Shown piece after piece: positions 1 through 13,501 of a stretch of DNA of 64,000 nt. This DNA comes from Adineta vaga (taxonomy: Eukaryota > Animalia > Rotifera). Below the pieces are notes generated by a model, which saw nothing but the letters and a program-made list of their open reading frames with translations, was not told the origin of the DNA and did not search any database. The translations under genes were made by a program, and so were the position numbers. Numbering within the stretch: the stretch's first letter is position 1; every line of letters starts with the position of its first letter. Location: positions 12,958,001 through 13,022,000 of the forward strand of contig CP075492.1 of NCBI GenBank assembly GCA_021613535.1, read 5' to 3'.

Positions 1-1147
1 ATGTCTCAATGAGCGTGCTCAATGTAAAATTATGTCAAATGAATGATCCTTCTGTTGACGAGAAGAGATAAAGATAAAGAAGAGAGAGAGAGAAAAGGGC
101 GCAGAGATGATGCTACTCATTGTGCGCCTACATTATGTACATGCACTCACACCTCCACATACATCTGTGCACACGTTTTCTCTTCATTCTTCTTATTACA
201 TCGACATTTTGAGTGAGGGAGAGAGAAAGTGACTACTAATCCTTTTCGACGAGATCAACTGTATCGGTAACAAAATAACAACGATAAACCATTGATAGTT
301 ATAGTCCTATGAATCACTAAGACATGAATAAAAGAGATATGTACAAGTTAATTGAAGTCGTCATTGACATGTTAACAATTATTGCTTTTTAAGGACATAG
401 TGTGGAGAAATCTAAAGAATGAATAATGTTGAATTTTTGTTTGAACATAACTTTATAGAAAGTACTCATCTATTAAAACATCAGATTATACATTGTCAAC
501 ATAAATTTTGAATTCAATTGACGTTTTTTATTGTCATCTAATGAAATCATACGATATATAACTAAGTAACATTAAACTATAAGAACAAATGTTTGATTCC
601 ATAGTAAAAATGTCATTTATTTATATCTTTCAAATGCTATGAGAAACGTGTCTGTATCTACATACTGTCTGCTCCCGTAGACAGTATTAAATCATGTTAT
701 TTTTGTGTCGAACGGAAAAAATAAGACACGTCAGCGTGGAACGCAGACGATGCATAAAAAATATGATACTGAGTACTTACAATTTTCGCGGAAAAAGACG
801 CGAGCGATGTTGTTCTCTTTCTTCCTTTTTTTTCTATATTTGTTTTATTTGTCGTTGTTTTTGTGTATAGAAGACACTGACTAGGAGAAAAGAGGGTCAT
901 AGTATTATTTTCTTATTTTATATTGGATAATTCTATAGTATTAGAAATAAATCTTCTGTCGATTTGCTTTTTTATTATGTTTTTCTGTTTTGCTATAATA
1001 TTTTTTGTCCTCGACGTGCGTAAGCATGGTCATTCTCTCATTCACATGGTAGGAATGAATCATATTATAAGAAAAAATCGTGGAATTTTTTTATTTCGCT
1101 TCAGATTCTCTCACATTAACAAACCATCAAACCATCTTATCTATTCT

Positions 1148-3454
1148 ATGGATAATATGCATTCAGATGAAGATGATTCAGCTTGTTGTGGTCAATGCGA
1201 ACTTGAAGTGTCTCCAAGAACGTGTGAAGTAAATCCATCGATGATACATTTAGAACAACGTCCACGATCTAATTCTGGTCGTTCCATTCACTCTTCTTCG
1301 TATTCAAGATCGTGGTCAACGGCTGATTTGCAATCGCGTAAATATCTTTTTTTAAATAAAAGAATTCAATCTATCTTCTGTCTACTTTTATTTAGAAAAT
1401 CCATCTAAACGACAGAAAATTGAAGTTGAACATAATTGGAAAGAAAGTAATATCTATCTAGAAGTTCGTGAACGAACATTTTCTCATTGGACCCTACCAA
1501 AACCATTTTGTTGTCGATTATTGGAAGCTGGTTTTTCTGGTTGTAATGTGAGAGATCGTGTCATCTGTATGTATTGTGATTTGATTTGTGAAGAATGGAA
1601 CGTTGAATTGGATGATCCATGTAAAGTGCATCAAGTACTTTCTCCAAATTGTTTATTCGTCAAGTCTATGCTTAAGAATAAACTATTCGCATTTCATCTG
1701 AACTACATCGATCGAGAAAAACGTCTTGAAACATTTGCTACTTGGTCAAATCAAACATCATTAGATAAAAATAACCTTGCTTATGCTGGTTTCTTTCTGG
1801 ATAATTTTGAGGTCAAATGTTTCTATTGCAATGGTTCATTAGCACAAAATGAAGTTCGCGATCATCCACTTACTGAACATATTCGTTGGTTTCCTTATTG
1901 TAAATATGCTCGACAACTATGCGGTGAAGATTTATATGAAAAACTTCGTCGAGCAGTTAATTCGCTGCCAGGTTTGTGTCAAGTTGTAATTTAATAGAAA
2001 ACAAAAGTTTTATTTATGTAGAAAATATAAAATTAGAAAATCAACCGAATCAATCGAATAAATTAGAAGAAGCTGTTATTCCGGAATTACTTCTTAGTCA
2101 TGTCGATTACAATGATTTTCGACAATCGCTTTATAAACATAAATTTCATCGCTCAATTATTCAGCATTGTTTTGAAGATCAATTTCAACTAAAACGTAAC
2201 ATTTAACAGAACATCATTTCTTCCTACTACAAATCTTCTTTTCTTTTTCTTTTAGGAGAAGATTTCGTAACTAGCTATGATCTATTTATTGCATGTTTGA
2301 TCTATCAAAAACAAATGGATTTTGAACACAAACGTAAGCGCTCTGTTAAACCAAATGAAGTAATGCAACGAATTTATGGAAAATCACAAGTTTCAAACAA
2401 TAACAATCATCATTTTATGTCTTATGCTGGTAAGAGAAAATTTCCGAAATAACTAATAAATACTAATCTTTAAAATCTTAACATAGATGTTTTGAAAATA
2501 TTTGAAAATGAACTTCAAACGTATCAACATAATCGACAAGGTCAGATTATTTGTTTTACGATAAAAACGCAATTATTGTTTTCTTTTTTCTATCTGATTT
2601 GTAGTGTTCGGTCAAACATTCGTTGAAGAAACAACATTAACTATTGAACGAGAGCAATCGTTGAAAACTTCATCAAATTCTGAACTATCACCATCTGTTA
2701 TTACTGCAGCAGGCTGGATTAAGTACAATAACTATTTCAAATGTCCACATTGTTATATGAAATACGATTCTTGGGAAGCCAATGATGATCCTTTATTCAT
2801 TCACAAACAATTGTCACCACTATGTTTATTTGTTCTATCAACAAATCCATTCAATTCACATTCAATACCAACAAAAGAAGCAGAAGAACATTATACAGAT
2901 GAAGATATTGAAAATGCTGAATTACAACCCTATAAAGGTCTTGTTCAAACACGACCTGGATCGATGTCAGAAATTTCGGAAAGATTAAAATCTTTTCAAC
3001 ATTTTCCAACTGATTTTTCAAGTATTGCTGAAGATTTAGCTATGTCTGGCATCTATTTTATAAGCCAATATGGATATATCCAATGTTTCTATTGTAAATT
3101 TGTCAAGTTTATACGAAATCAAAACATAAAATCTATTGAGTGCTTCAAAAGTCTTCATCACTTATCTTCATGTCGATATATTCAACAAATGAAAGATAAT
3201 GCTCTACAAGTCTCAACAGAACAAGGTAACATTTTATTTGGAGAAAAAAAAACTGAACTTTTCTCTTCGATTAAACGGAATCTTTTTTATTTCTAGCATC
3301 TAATACATGTCAATGGTGCTTGAAAGAAGATAAACAATTGATGGCAATACCATGTCGTCATTTTTGTTTATGTAAAAAATGTGGACAAACCAAACGATTA
3401 TGTCCAAAATGTCAAACAGAAGTTACTAAATATGTCATTGTCTATCGTGCTTAG
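1148..3454 (+). CDS. Inhibitor-of-apoptosis (IAP) protein: BIR-BIR-UBA-like-BIR-BIR(degenerate)-RING, 7 exons
   Basis: Spliced by eye (introns ~1338-1395, 1972-2021, 2196-2255, 2430-2486, 2541-2604, 3226-3296). BIR Zn motifs CMYC..H..C, CFYC..EHIRWFPYC, CPHC..HKQLSPLC and a looser CFYC..HHLSSC. Last exon is an IAP-type RING, CQWCLKEDKQLMAIPCRHFCLCKKC..CPKC, ending at TAG 3452-3454. Confidence 0.88.
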
Positions 3455-3927
3455 AAGCACATTTGCACGCAGTGCAAGTACTGGAACAATATCTTCCAGC
3501 AAAGTCAAATGTTGATGTTAAAGAAATACGGTTCGCGATCTTAATTCTGACCAGATAGAAATCGTCGAATGAACATACTTATCATTTACTCTGGATTTAA
3601 TCTAAAGTATCAATTGATTCTCATATGGGTACATATGCATGTACGTCATAACAAAAGATGTCATTACTCAATTATAAATTTTACCTAGTGAATATTCTAT
3701 ACTTATTCAAGCATACAAAATCGGTAAAAAGAAACAAGTTCAATTGCGGTTTATTTATTCGAATTTTGTATTTTTTACTAATAAATATAACACAACTTTC
3801 GATGTCTTGTATTTTCTCAACATGATTAAAAGTATTCTAGTTCATTAAGTGTCATATTCACCGTTATGTAATAGAATATTTCTTTGTACAATTCATAGCG
3901 AGAAAAAAAAATCCGACAAATTATCGG

Positions 3928-4215
3928 TTAATCGAAAACTCTTATTAAGCCTTTTACAGTTTTTCCACACGTAGGACATGATTTTGTATTATGCCCACAT
4001 GATACACATACAGCAAAATGACCACAGGGAATAAGCGCTAGCGCTCGTTGTCGGACAGAGCATAGTACACATAGTGTAGGATTTCCAGATGCTTGCTTCG
4101 ATTGAGATGATAATTCATTGGTCTTATCAGATCGAGGTGACTCGGTTTCCGACTGATTAGATCTAGTAATTGAACTATCATTTGTCTTATTACCATCCAA
4201 TTGTTCCATATTCAT
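3928..4215 (-). CDS. Small RING-only protein with an IAP-type C3HC4 RING at the extreme C-terminus; 5' end uncertain
   Basis: CVLCSVRQRALALIPCGHFAVCVSCGHNTKSCPTCGKTVKGLIRVFD*. In-frame ATG at 4215; an acceptor-like ttttacttccag at ~4241 allows an upstream exon. Confidence 0.7.
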   Translation of the reverse strand: MNMEQLDGNKTNDSSITRSNQSETESPRSDKTNELSSQSKQASGNPTLCVLCSVRQRALALIPCGHFAVCVSCGHNTKSCPTCGKTVKGLIRVFD

Positions 4216-4365
4216 AAAACTGTATATTGATGAATGGATTCTGGAAGTAAAAAAACAAGTCAATGACTATTTCCAAGCAAACGTTCTGATTCATCATTAG
4301 GAATTACATGATATTCTTTTGATAAGATGTATCAGATAATAACTAATATTTCATTTTTATACCTA

Positions 4366-4392
4366 TACTACTACTACTACTACTACTGCTAC
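4366..4392. repeat. (CTA)n microsatellite
   Basis: tactactactactactactac visible directly. Confidence 0.8.
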
Positions 4393-5060
4393 AAATAAAT
4401 GTGTATTGATGTACTCGAGCTGAAAAGAATTTTTTTTATATAGGATAAGATCATGGGTGTAGCGGTTATTCATGCTATAATTACGTAATTAAGATATATC
4501 TATCTCTTCGATCAAATGTGAAAAACTACAATTTAATTTCTGTATAATTCATTGGTTGATACCTGTCTTTATATGTTGGAATTTTCCAAGTTGATTGTAT
4601 GTAAATAAATATACATGCGATATTTTATATATGGATTGGATCTGTTTGTGCCAATCATAAAGATATTTCTCATTTGAACATTAAATCAATATTGCTTTTT
4701 TTTACAACTTGAACAATTCGTATAACGATTGAAAAGAATAACAACATTTTAGTCGAGATATTTTATAATTGTTCTTATTAATGATATATAGAAGTCACTA
4801 GTGTTTTGTATATGTAATTTACGTGTATATATCAATCAAACTTTTGTAGAGATTTAATTGGATGAGTTCAATGACAAATGTTAGTTTCTTCTTGTTTTTA
4901 CGTTTTAATTCATAGTCGAAACCGAACTTTTGATATCAGTAAAAAATAGTGAAATATCTAAAAAAAAACAAAATCACCATAACAATATCTTTTGATAAAC
5001 AAAAGAGAACAAACAAGTACTAGAAAAACGAATGAAAACAACAAGAAATTATTTTTTTTT

Positions 5061-8000
5061 TCATGTAGATAATTTTGTAAGAACATCAAAAGCACCTGTA
5101 CCACATTGAACCATACGTCCGGTAACTAAACGAGATGATGGTGATTTCAATTCTTCATGTTCACCTAAAACAAAAAGAAAATACATTATTTTCGTATGTT
5201 TAAGCAAAAAAATTCTTTGTTTTACCATGTAGTAAAGCTTCTCTCAAATATGTTGTTGATGTTTCAAAAGTAATTTTTTGTAATGGACTAGCATTTGTTC
5301 TCAAACCTAAACGATTACATGGTTTATAAACACCTTCATATGTCATATAATCAGCTAATAATGATAAATGTCGATGATCAACTTCAATTCCATAAGCACC
5401 GAAAACCCGATTTATTTCTCTTATTAATGTTCGATTTGCTGCTTCAATACCGAAGATTTGTGCCATACGATGAATATTATTTGTATATATACGACGTAAA
5501 TCAAATACTTGATAATATGTCATTAATGCATTGATATTTTCACCTTCTGTTGACAGAATATATTCTGCTGCATTCGAATCATCTTTTGATTTTGCACGAT
5601 TTTCTTTATTTTCATTAATAAAACAATTTTGAATACCAACAATAGATGTTATAGGAGTTCGAGATGCTTCATGACGAATTACAGATTCTAAATCAATACG
5701 AGGTTGAGTCGCAGAAAAAATCATTGTTATACGACTCCATAAATTATGGTCGAGATCAGCCGTATATTCATGTATATATTCAGCATGTTTACAAACATTC
5801 TACAAAAACAAAATATAAAATAAATCAATCCACATATTTCCTATGAAATACATACACCAAATCGTTCATTGTAAGTCGTATTTTCAACAGAAGTACTTTT
5901 ATTATTGACTTTTTTCGCTTTTTTACTTGGTGGTTCACCATCATCGTTATCATCATCGTTATTACCAGGTACTTCTTGTTCGTCATCATTCTTCATTTCG
6001 TCTTTGATTAAATCCATTGCTAAACAAAAAGAATTTATCGTAGGTGAAAAGTCTTCTAAGAAATTCCTTACCTTGTCCATCATCATTATCATCATCATTA
6101 TTATTATTATCATCGTCGTCGATAATATTATCTTTAATACTGACTTTTGATTCATCGACTTGTTCATTATCATCTTGCATACGTTCGTCATCATCCGTTT
6201 CATTATCTTTACCTTCTTCATCATCATCATATTCTTTTTCGTCATTTCGATTTGCTTTTTCTTTTGCTACATTTGCTTCTCCATTACCTTGTTCATCATC
6301 ATCATCATCATCGTCGTCGTCATCATCTTCTTTTTCTACTGTTTCTTGTCGATCATCTTTATCATCTGTATTATTAATAGTAATCTTATCACGAATATGT
6401 GCTGATCTTAATAAACCACTTGTAGTTAATTCTTTACGTTTCTTATTGATTGCTCGACATAAACGTGGAATAAAATATATCTCAAATGAACGTATGATTT
6501 CCGCTAATTGCTTTCTACCATATTTTTCATCGAATTGAAATTGAATGGAATAAATACGTTTATGATCATTTAATTTTAATGTTAATTTTTCTTGAATAGT
6601 TAAATCAGTTAATACTTGAGAAAATAACAAACGTGACCAACGACGTTGTAAACGTTTCGCTTTACGTAATGCGGATGAACTTTGAAGAATAGGAACTTCC
6701 ATTGTCGGAGTTTTAAGATTCATCGAAGCTACCATAACTAATTCACGAAGACGTGGAACACCCAGCGTTACATTCATATCACCACGACCAGCAAAATGAA
6801 ATGCTAAAATAGAAAAGTGAATGTCTTTTTTTTGATTCTGCTTCGAATTTAAACTTACTATTCAATGTCATTTGTGTACCAGGTTCTCCAATGGATTGTG
6901 CTGCTAAAATTCCGACACTTTCACCTGGATCAATACATGATTTTAAGGATTTGAAATGCATCATTTTTTCAAACATTTTCTTATTCATTTTAGTTTGATC
7001 TAATTTGCCATTTGTATTGATATAATTTCGAATTAAATCATCTAAACGTTCTGTAATTGCACCTAGATTTGATGCTGGAAGATAATTTTGTGTCACAGGT
7101 GAATAAAATTTAACAACACCATGATTGTATTGTTCACGTTTATCATCCGATAAATCTCGCCATGTTTGCACCATAATAGAACGTGCTTCATTGATATCTT
7201 TACTTTTCAATGAATTTGTTAATGTATGTAAATCAAAAAATCGAGAATAATTTATAAATGGTGTCATACGAATCTTTGTTTCATCACTTAATTTTAATCT
7301 CGTTGAATCATTAAAACTAGTTTCATCATCGGCTAATTCACGTGTTTTCTTTCGCCAAGCACGGATTTTTTTCAGATTTTTCATGATCGGTCGTTCTTTT
7401 GTTGAACCACACATTTCAACAATACGTGAATATTCATTCTCACGTAATACAGAAGATTGATTAGCAACAAGAAAGGGATAATAAGCTTCTTTTAAATAAG
7501 TACATTTATCCACAGCTAAACCATCTTCACCATATTGAAATTGAACAACACTTCCATCGCTATCACGTACAGTTAAATCATAATTAACAACTAAACCTTC
7601 TAAGTGTTTCATTAAACAACGTTGTAAATAACCAATACGAGCCGTTTTAACAGCAGTATCAATAAGACCCTAACAAATAAGAAATAGAAATGAATTTGAA
7701 ACAACAATTCTTTCATACTTCACGTCCAGCCATACAATGAAAGAAATATTCTTGTGGACGAATACCACTTAAGAAACTTCCATCAACAAAACCACCTGAT
7801 CGTGGTGAATATTCATATGGACGAAATGATTGGAAGAGTACGACCACTTGGCATCATTGGTGGACGTTTACCTTCTAATTCTTGTTGACCAAGTAAACAG
7901 GACATTTGCATAGCATTAACAGATGAACCTTAATTAAAAATAAAGCAAATATATTTAGGAATCTGATAATTATATTTCTCTTCAAACCTTTGGCACCGGA

Positions 8001-9201
8001 TTGAATTAGAAATTGTAAATTATTATCAGGAAATTGTTTGAATAAATTTGACATACATTGTTTGATAATTTGATTTTGAAATTCATCAATTGATGTTTTA
8101 TAATTCATATCCATTTCTTTTGATATACGTTCATCGAATGTTTTCGAACAAAATGCTTTCGCAAATTCATCCATTAATGCATCTTCATCAGAATTTTCTG
8201 GTAGAGAAAACGTTTTTCGTAATGCATTAAGACCTGCTTGACTTCGACAATCATTTATTATACGACGTCGATATGCGACACCAGGTGGAAGTAAAAGAAC
8301 ATCTGAGGAAAATAAGATGCATACTTTTAGATTTATTGAAAGTATATGATATTTTATTACCTTCAATTCCAAGAGTAAATCCTCGATAATATTGAAGAAA
8401 AAGTGTGAATAGTTTTGAAAAAGCACTGACAAGATCAGCAGCACAACGTTTACCATACAATTCATAATAACAATGAACAACTGAAGCAAGTGTAGCACCA
8501 CAATGAGCTTTATCGATTAAACCAGATAGAAGTTGTCCTTGACGAATAATCACATCAGTATCAGCCATTAAATCAATATTTTTATCATTGGGATTCGATG
8601 GCCATGACTAAAGAATATATATATATACATTTCAATTGAAGAATTATTTCGAAGAAAATTTCTTACTTTCATGGAAAGTTTTGATTTACTATCAAGATTT
8701 AATGGTGATTCTTTCTCTGGTTGAGTATATAAAAGAACAGTTGATATAACCTAAATGAAAAGATTGTTGTTTTTTAATGGATCACATCATTGATCAAATC
8801 TAGGTACTTGTTTTCCAGTCCATAATTGTTTTGGTTTAATAATACATGGTGGTAATAAACGAATTTTTCTTCGTGAATTCGATCCAATTGCACTAAATAC
8901 AAGTTGTTGATATTCAGCTCTAATCAATAAAATCAATTATTAAGAATTCTTTTGACTAAACAACGGATATACTTTTCAAAGAATCGATCACGCATTGTCA
9001 ATGATGTTCCAGCAACGACATGATCTTGAATAAGACCAGTTAATGGTGTACCATCTTTACTAACAAGAAAATGTTGATAAGTAATCACTAAATAAACGAC
9101 GAGAAAGAAAAAAGACAAATCCATATTTTCATTCTAATTATATATCACTCACTTAATTCAGCTGCTTCAGCTCGTGCTAATTCATTCTGTGGTAAATGTA
9201 T

Positions 9202-9234
<33 letters not shown>

Positions 9235-11461
9235 TGATTTACATTGAGCATAATGTAATCTTAAAGTTTTCTCGCCAGGTAAAACACGTGCCTAGAAATG
9301 AATCTCATTTCATCAAGGAACAAATGTAACCTTTTATTTACCATATGAGCTTGAATACTAGGTCGATGTAATGTTGGTTGTCGATTTGCAATAACATAAT
9401 CACCAGTTCGAAGATGTCGATAGACTTTTTTCGTTGACATTAATGTTGTATGTCCATGTTGTTTTTCTCTAGTTAATAAAAGTTTTGCTACTGCTGTTCG
9501 TTGAGATAAATTATTTGGTAATAAACGACGAATAGTTCCATCTTCAAGTTCGACAAAATTGGCTCTAAAATTTTCCTTCATTTTTACAAATTATTCTATT
9601 TCTTTTAATATCTATAAACATACCCTGGATGAACATCAGGTCCATTGAGAATCAATTGTCGTAATTCATGAACATTATGTGGTGTAACTAATTCTGGATA
9701 AGTTAATTTTTTTGCAAAAACTTCTGGAATTCCCACTTCATATGTAGCAATGAATGGATCAGGTGAAATAACTGATCGACCTGCATAATTCACACGTTTA
9801 CCCATCATATGCATACGAAATAAACCTTCTTTTTTTTCAATCACCTAAACAATTTTGTTTTTTTTCTACAGATGAGATTATACATATCATAGAAAATCTT
9901 ACTTGACGAATGCCTTTTGCTACACGACCAGCACTTCGATTATCTAATGAACTATCAAAAATAGAATTGATTGTAATCTGCATTTTTAACCAAAGATTAT
10001 TGAGTTTTTCTTCATTTGTTGAACCACGTAATGTATTGATTAAAGATGAACGATTCTATAATTTCACAAGATAAAATTTAAGCATGAGAAAGAGATGTGA
10101 TCTTACATTATTTGAAGTTGGTACATCCGATGTTTGTTTATCTTTTAATAGAAGTAATTCTTTTATCAATTGATTATCTTGAATGATCGATGAATATCGA
10201 ACTGTTTTTGGATTTTCAAATTTTTGATCATTGAATGATAGAACCTTTTTGGGAAAAACAAATGAATAAGCAATCGTATTCTCAATCCTATTAAACATAC
10301 TGGACGAAATTTTGATGGAAGAACAGGTAGAACTTCAAAGAAGAACAAACTTATGGGATTATTATGAATATTAGCAATGGATTGATGTGATGGTCGTAAA
10401 GTAGCGAGATATATTGATAGAACTTCTTTTTCATTCGCCCAAACTTTTTCCAAATGTTTTAAAACATCTAATGGTGTTAAATACATTTGACCGGACATCA
10501 TTTTCGTAACTGTTTCTTCATCATCATTATCAATTGATTCTTCATTATCATTGAACTTTTTCGATTGTCTACAATCATCATGTTTATGTTAAACGAATGA
10601 ATTACGAAGAAATCTTTACCTGACATTTGACATACGCTGTTGATAAGCTTTGATTTGTTTACTTGAAACTCCTTGAGAATAAAATAATTTTGTATGTGAA
10701 TCTGCTCGTAATGAACGAGTGGGTGTATTACAATTTAGACAGAATTTTTCTAGAAATTAGTGAAAATTTCTCTTTTTGTATTAAGTGGAATAGAGAAAAA
10801 AAACTTCGAACTTTTCGTCTTGAATGCTTTTGATTCAAAATCTTTGATCAATTGTTGTCGAATAGCTAATAAATTTTTCGTTGTTGATTCAATTTTTGTT
10901 GATGCTGGTGGATTTAATTTCATATGTTCATTAATCTGTTCATAAAATGTATCAAGCGATTTCTTTTCTAAGATCCAAAGTTTATAAATCGAATGTAGAT
11001 TATCCACTTCATTGGCTTGACCATGTTTAAGATAAAGCATTTGCATAGAAAATAGATATTTTTCTGCATTTGAAGATTGAATTGTATGACAATGAAGACA
11101 ACAACCACGTAGAACCTAATAAAATGAGAAGAATATTTTCATAGTTTGACTTTGTCTTTTTTACATTCACAAGATTTCGAAAGAACACTGGATTGTATAC
11201 AGGTAGAACAAGTGATATATGTCCAAGATGACCTGGACAAGCTACAAATCCTTGTCCACATGTAAAACAACGATCATTTTTATCGAATGGTCCAAGTGCT
11301 AAATCATATGGACCACCTAAGACTGGTGCACCAAGTCGATCAATAGCTTGTGATGAAGTTAATTCTTTGACACTTAAACGACGTATCTCTTCAGATGTAT
11401 AATTACTAAATAGAAGGCCACTAATTGTGGTATCGGATGGATAATAATTAACTGTATCCAT
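5061..11461 (-). CDS. POLR1A: DNA-directed RNA polymerase I largest subunit (RPA1/A190), multi-exon; apparent +1 frameshift at ~7830
   Basis: N-terminal Zn site [19 protein letters not shown]; [24 protein letters not shown]; [10 protein letters not shown]; catalytic [11 protein letters not shown] (~9203-9235); [34 protein letters not shown]; long acidic Pol I-type insertion (~5930-6370); C-terminus [27 protein letters not shown] with no CTD heptads. Confidence 0.95.
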
Positions 11462-11690
11462 CGTGATTTGTTGTATTTTCAAAAGAAATGAAATACAAAT
11501 TCATGAAATATTGAGTTCGAAATCAATCTGAAATATAAATGGTCAAATAAAGAGAACCGATGAAAAATAACAAAGAAGTTTCGGGATATTATAATGTATA
11601 AAACAAATTAATTATATCAGAGAATTCAATACTTAATCGGCAAAAATGAAAAAATGAAAATTTTCTATTTGTATTATAGAGGTCGCCATA

Positions 11691-12681
11691 ATGCGCTATC
11701 GATTATGTCAACTACAAGAAATTATTTTCCAGTTCTGCACGATTTTCTCGAATCTATCCAGACACGTAGATCAATATTATCTATATAAAGTCCATTTATA
11801 CAAGTATTGCAAATGTTTTGGTGAAACAATCGAGATAATTCCAGAGATTTTATTTCAGTTACTAAACATGATCTCACAAAATTGGACGATGTTGAAACCT
11901 TTAAATAATGACATATCCGATTATTATATCAAATCATTTTTACCTTCAACGTATTACTTCATTGCATTCTATGTGATGGGTATAATACAAAGTATTCTCG
12001 TGCTTCAAACAATTATTTCTGCAACATTTCATGAGAACTGGATGAATGTTTACAGATTTATAGATAGTATCAATGGAATAATTGTATCGATATGTTTGCT
12101 GATATATATCTTCGTACACAATGGATATTTTGTTTTAATTCCTTTGATTACTACAATATTCAATTCTTATAGTTATTGGATTTCTGCAGTATGTGCTTTT
12201 GAACTTATGTTAATGGAATTATTTTTCTTTCAATTATATGCCATCACACCTCGACATGCAATTCTTATTTTATTTCTCGTCTTCATTCTCGTTATTACCA
12301 GTTATATCTCATCAATAATGATAACAACACACATAGTTTATGTCATATTTTTAAGTCATCTCATTGGACCAGGAATTATTCATACAATTTCATTTATTAT
12401 TTCATATATCAGTATTATGAAAAGTAAATGTTACTTGTCAAGAACTTCAATGAATATGAAATCTTCAATACAATCGTTTCTTTAAATCGACATTAATTAT
12501 AATATGTATTATTGGATCAATCGTATTGATGGAAAAACGTTTTTTATTATTGTTCAATTTAGTATTTTTCTTTCAACAAATGAATTCATTTGTTTTTTAT
12601 ATTATTTCATCGAAAAACAATAGGAAAAAGTTTAAAACACAATCGATATGTGGACAACTATTAATGAAACTTAATTCTTAA
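11691..12681 (+). CDS. Intronless 7TM/GPCR-like membrane protein, frameshifted at ~12483 (possible pseudogene or assembly indel)
   Basis: About five hydrophobic segments in ORF 11691-12485, including the TM3-like SYWISAVCAFE. The +1 frame from 12487 continues STLIIICIIGSIVL..LLLFNLVFFFQQMNSFVFYIISS..*, which looks like TM6/TM7. Confidence 0.5.
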
Positions 12682-13501
12682 TCATTTTCATATTAAATGA
12701 ATATTTACCCAAATGATTTGCGTTAATCTATTCTGTATACGATTTTGGATCCAAAATTAGCTTTGGCATTTCATATCATCTTGAAAGAAAAAAATATTTT
12801 CGAACTAAAATTGTATTGATCAAATCAATAAAATATAGATATATTTTTACGGCAAAAGCAAGATTTAAGTACATCACATCTCTCGTTACGTCTCTTGTAA
12901 AGTTTTCAGACACAAATGTTAAACGATGATAACGAATAAATATATGCGTGTTTTAAGTTAGCTGATAGAAGATGGGGAAATTCAGTAATTAAATTTCATT
13001 GATGATTTATAACATGCAGCTTTTTGAAGAATCGAACGAAAAATTCATGTCCGACAACAATCATTAACAGATCAACTGAATTATAAAGAAAATTTCTATA
13101 CACAATTGTAGTATATGAACAACGCTTATTCGTCTTTCTAACGTGTTTATTTGCCTAGCTTCTTTCTTGTTTTGTTTTGAAAATCAAACAAAATATGTAC
13201 GATGTTCACAGTACAATGTATAGTGAGTTGAAGACTTACCGCCATCTATTGATTTTTCTTCTTTGTTTCGCATTTGATTAAGAAAAGATCTCGATAAAAT
13301 TTTCTCTAAGAAAAATTGAATTTAAAATCATATATCTTATTATTTAAATAAAAACACATCATCAGAGTTTCTTACTTGAAAATTTCTATTGGTTAATTAA
13401 CATTGCCATTCTCACATTGAATTCACGTCAAATCAAATTTCTTCAATTTAGTTTTGTTGTGTTGTTGTCTTACTTTTTAAAAGTTAGATTCAATAAAAAT
13501 T

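Noticed and set aside
5905-6538. Several overlapping plus-strand ORFs rich in Ser, Ile or His
   Set aside because: Antisense shadows of the (GAT)n acidic tract of RPA1; trinucleotide repeats lack stops in these frames.
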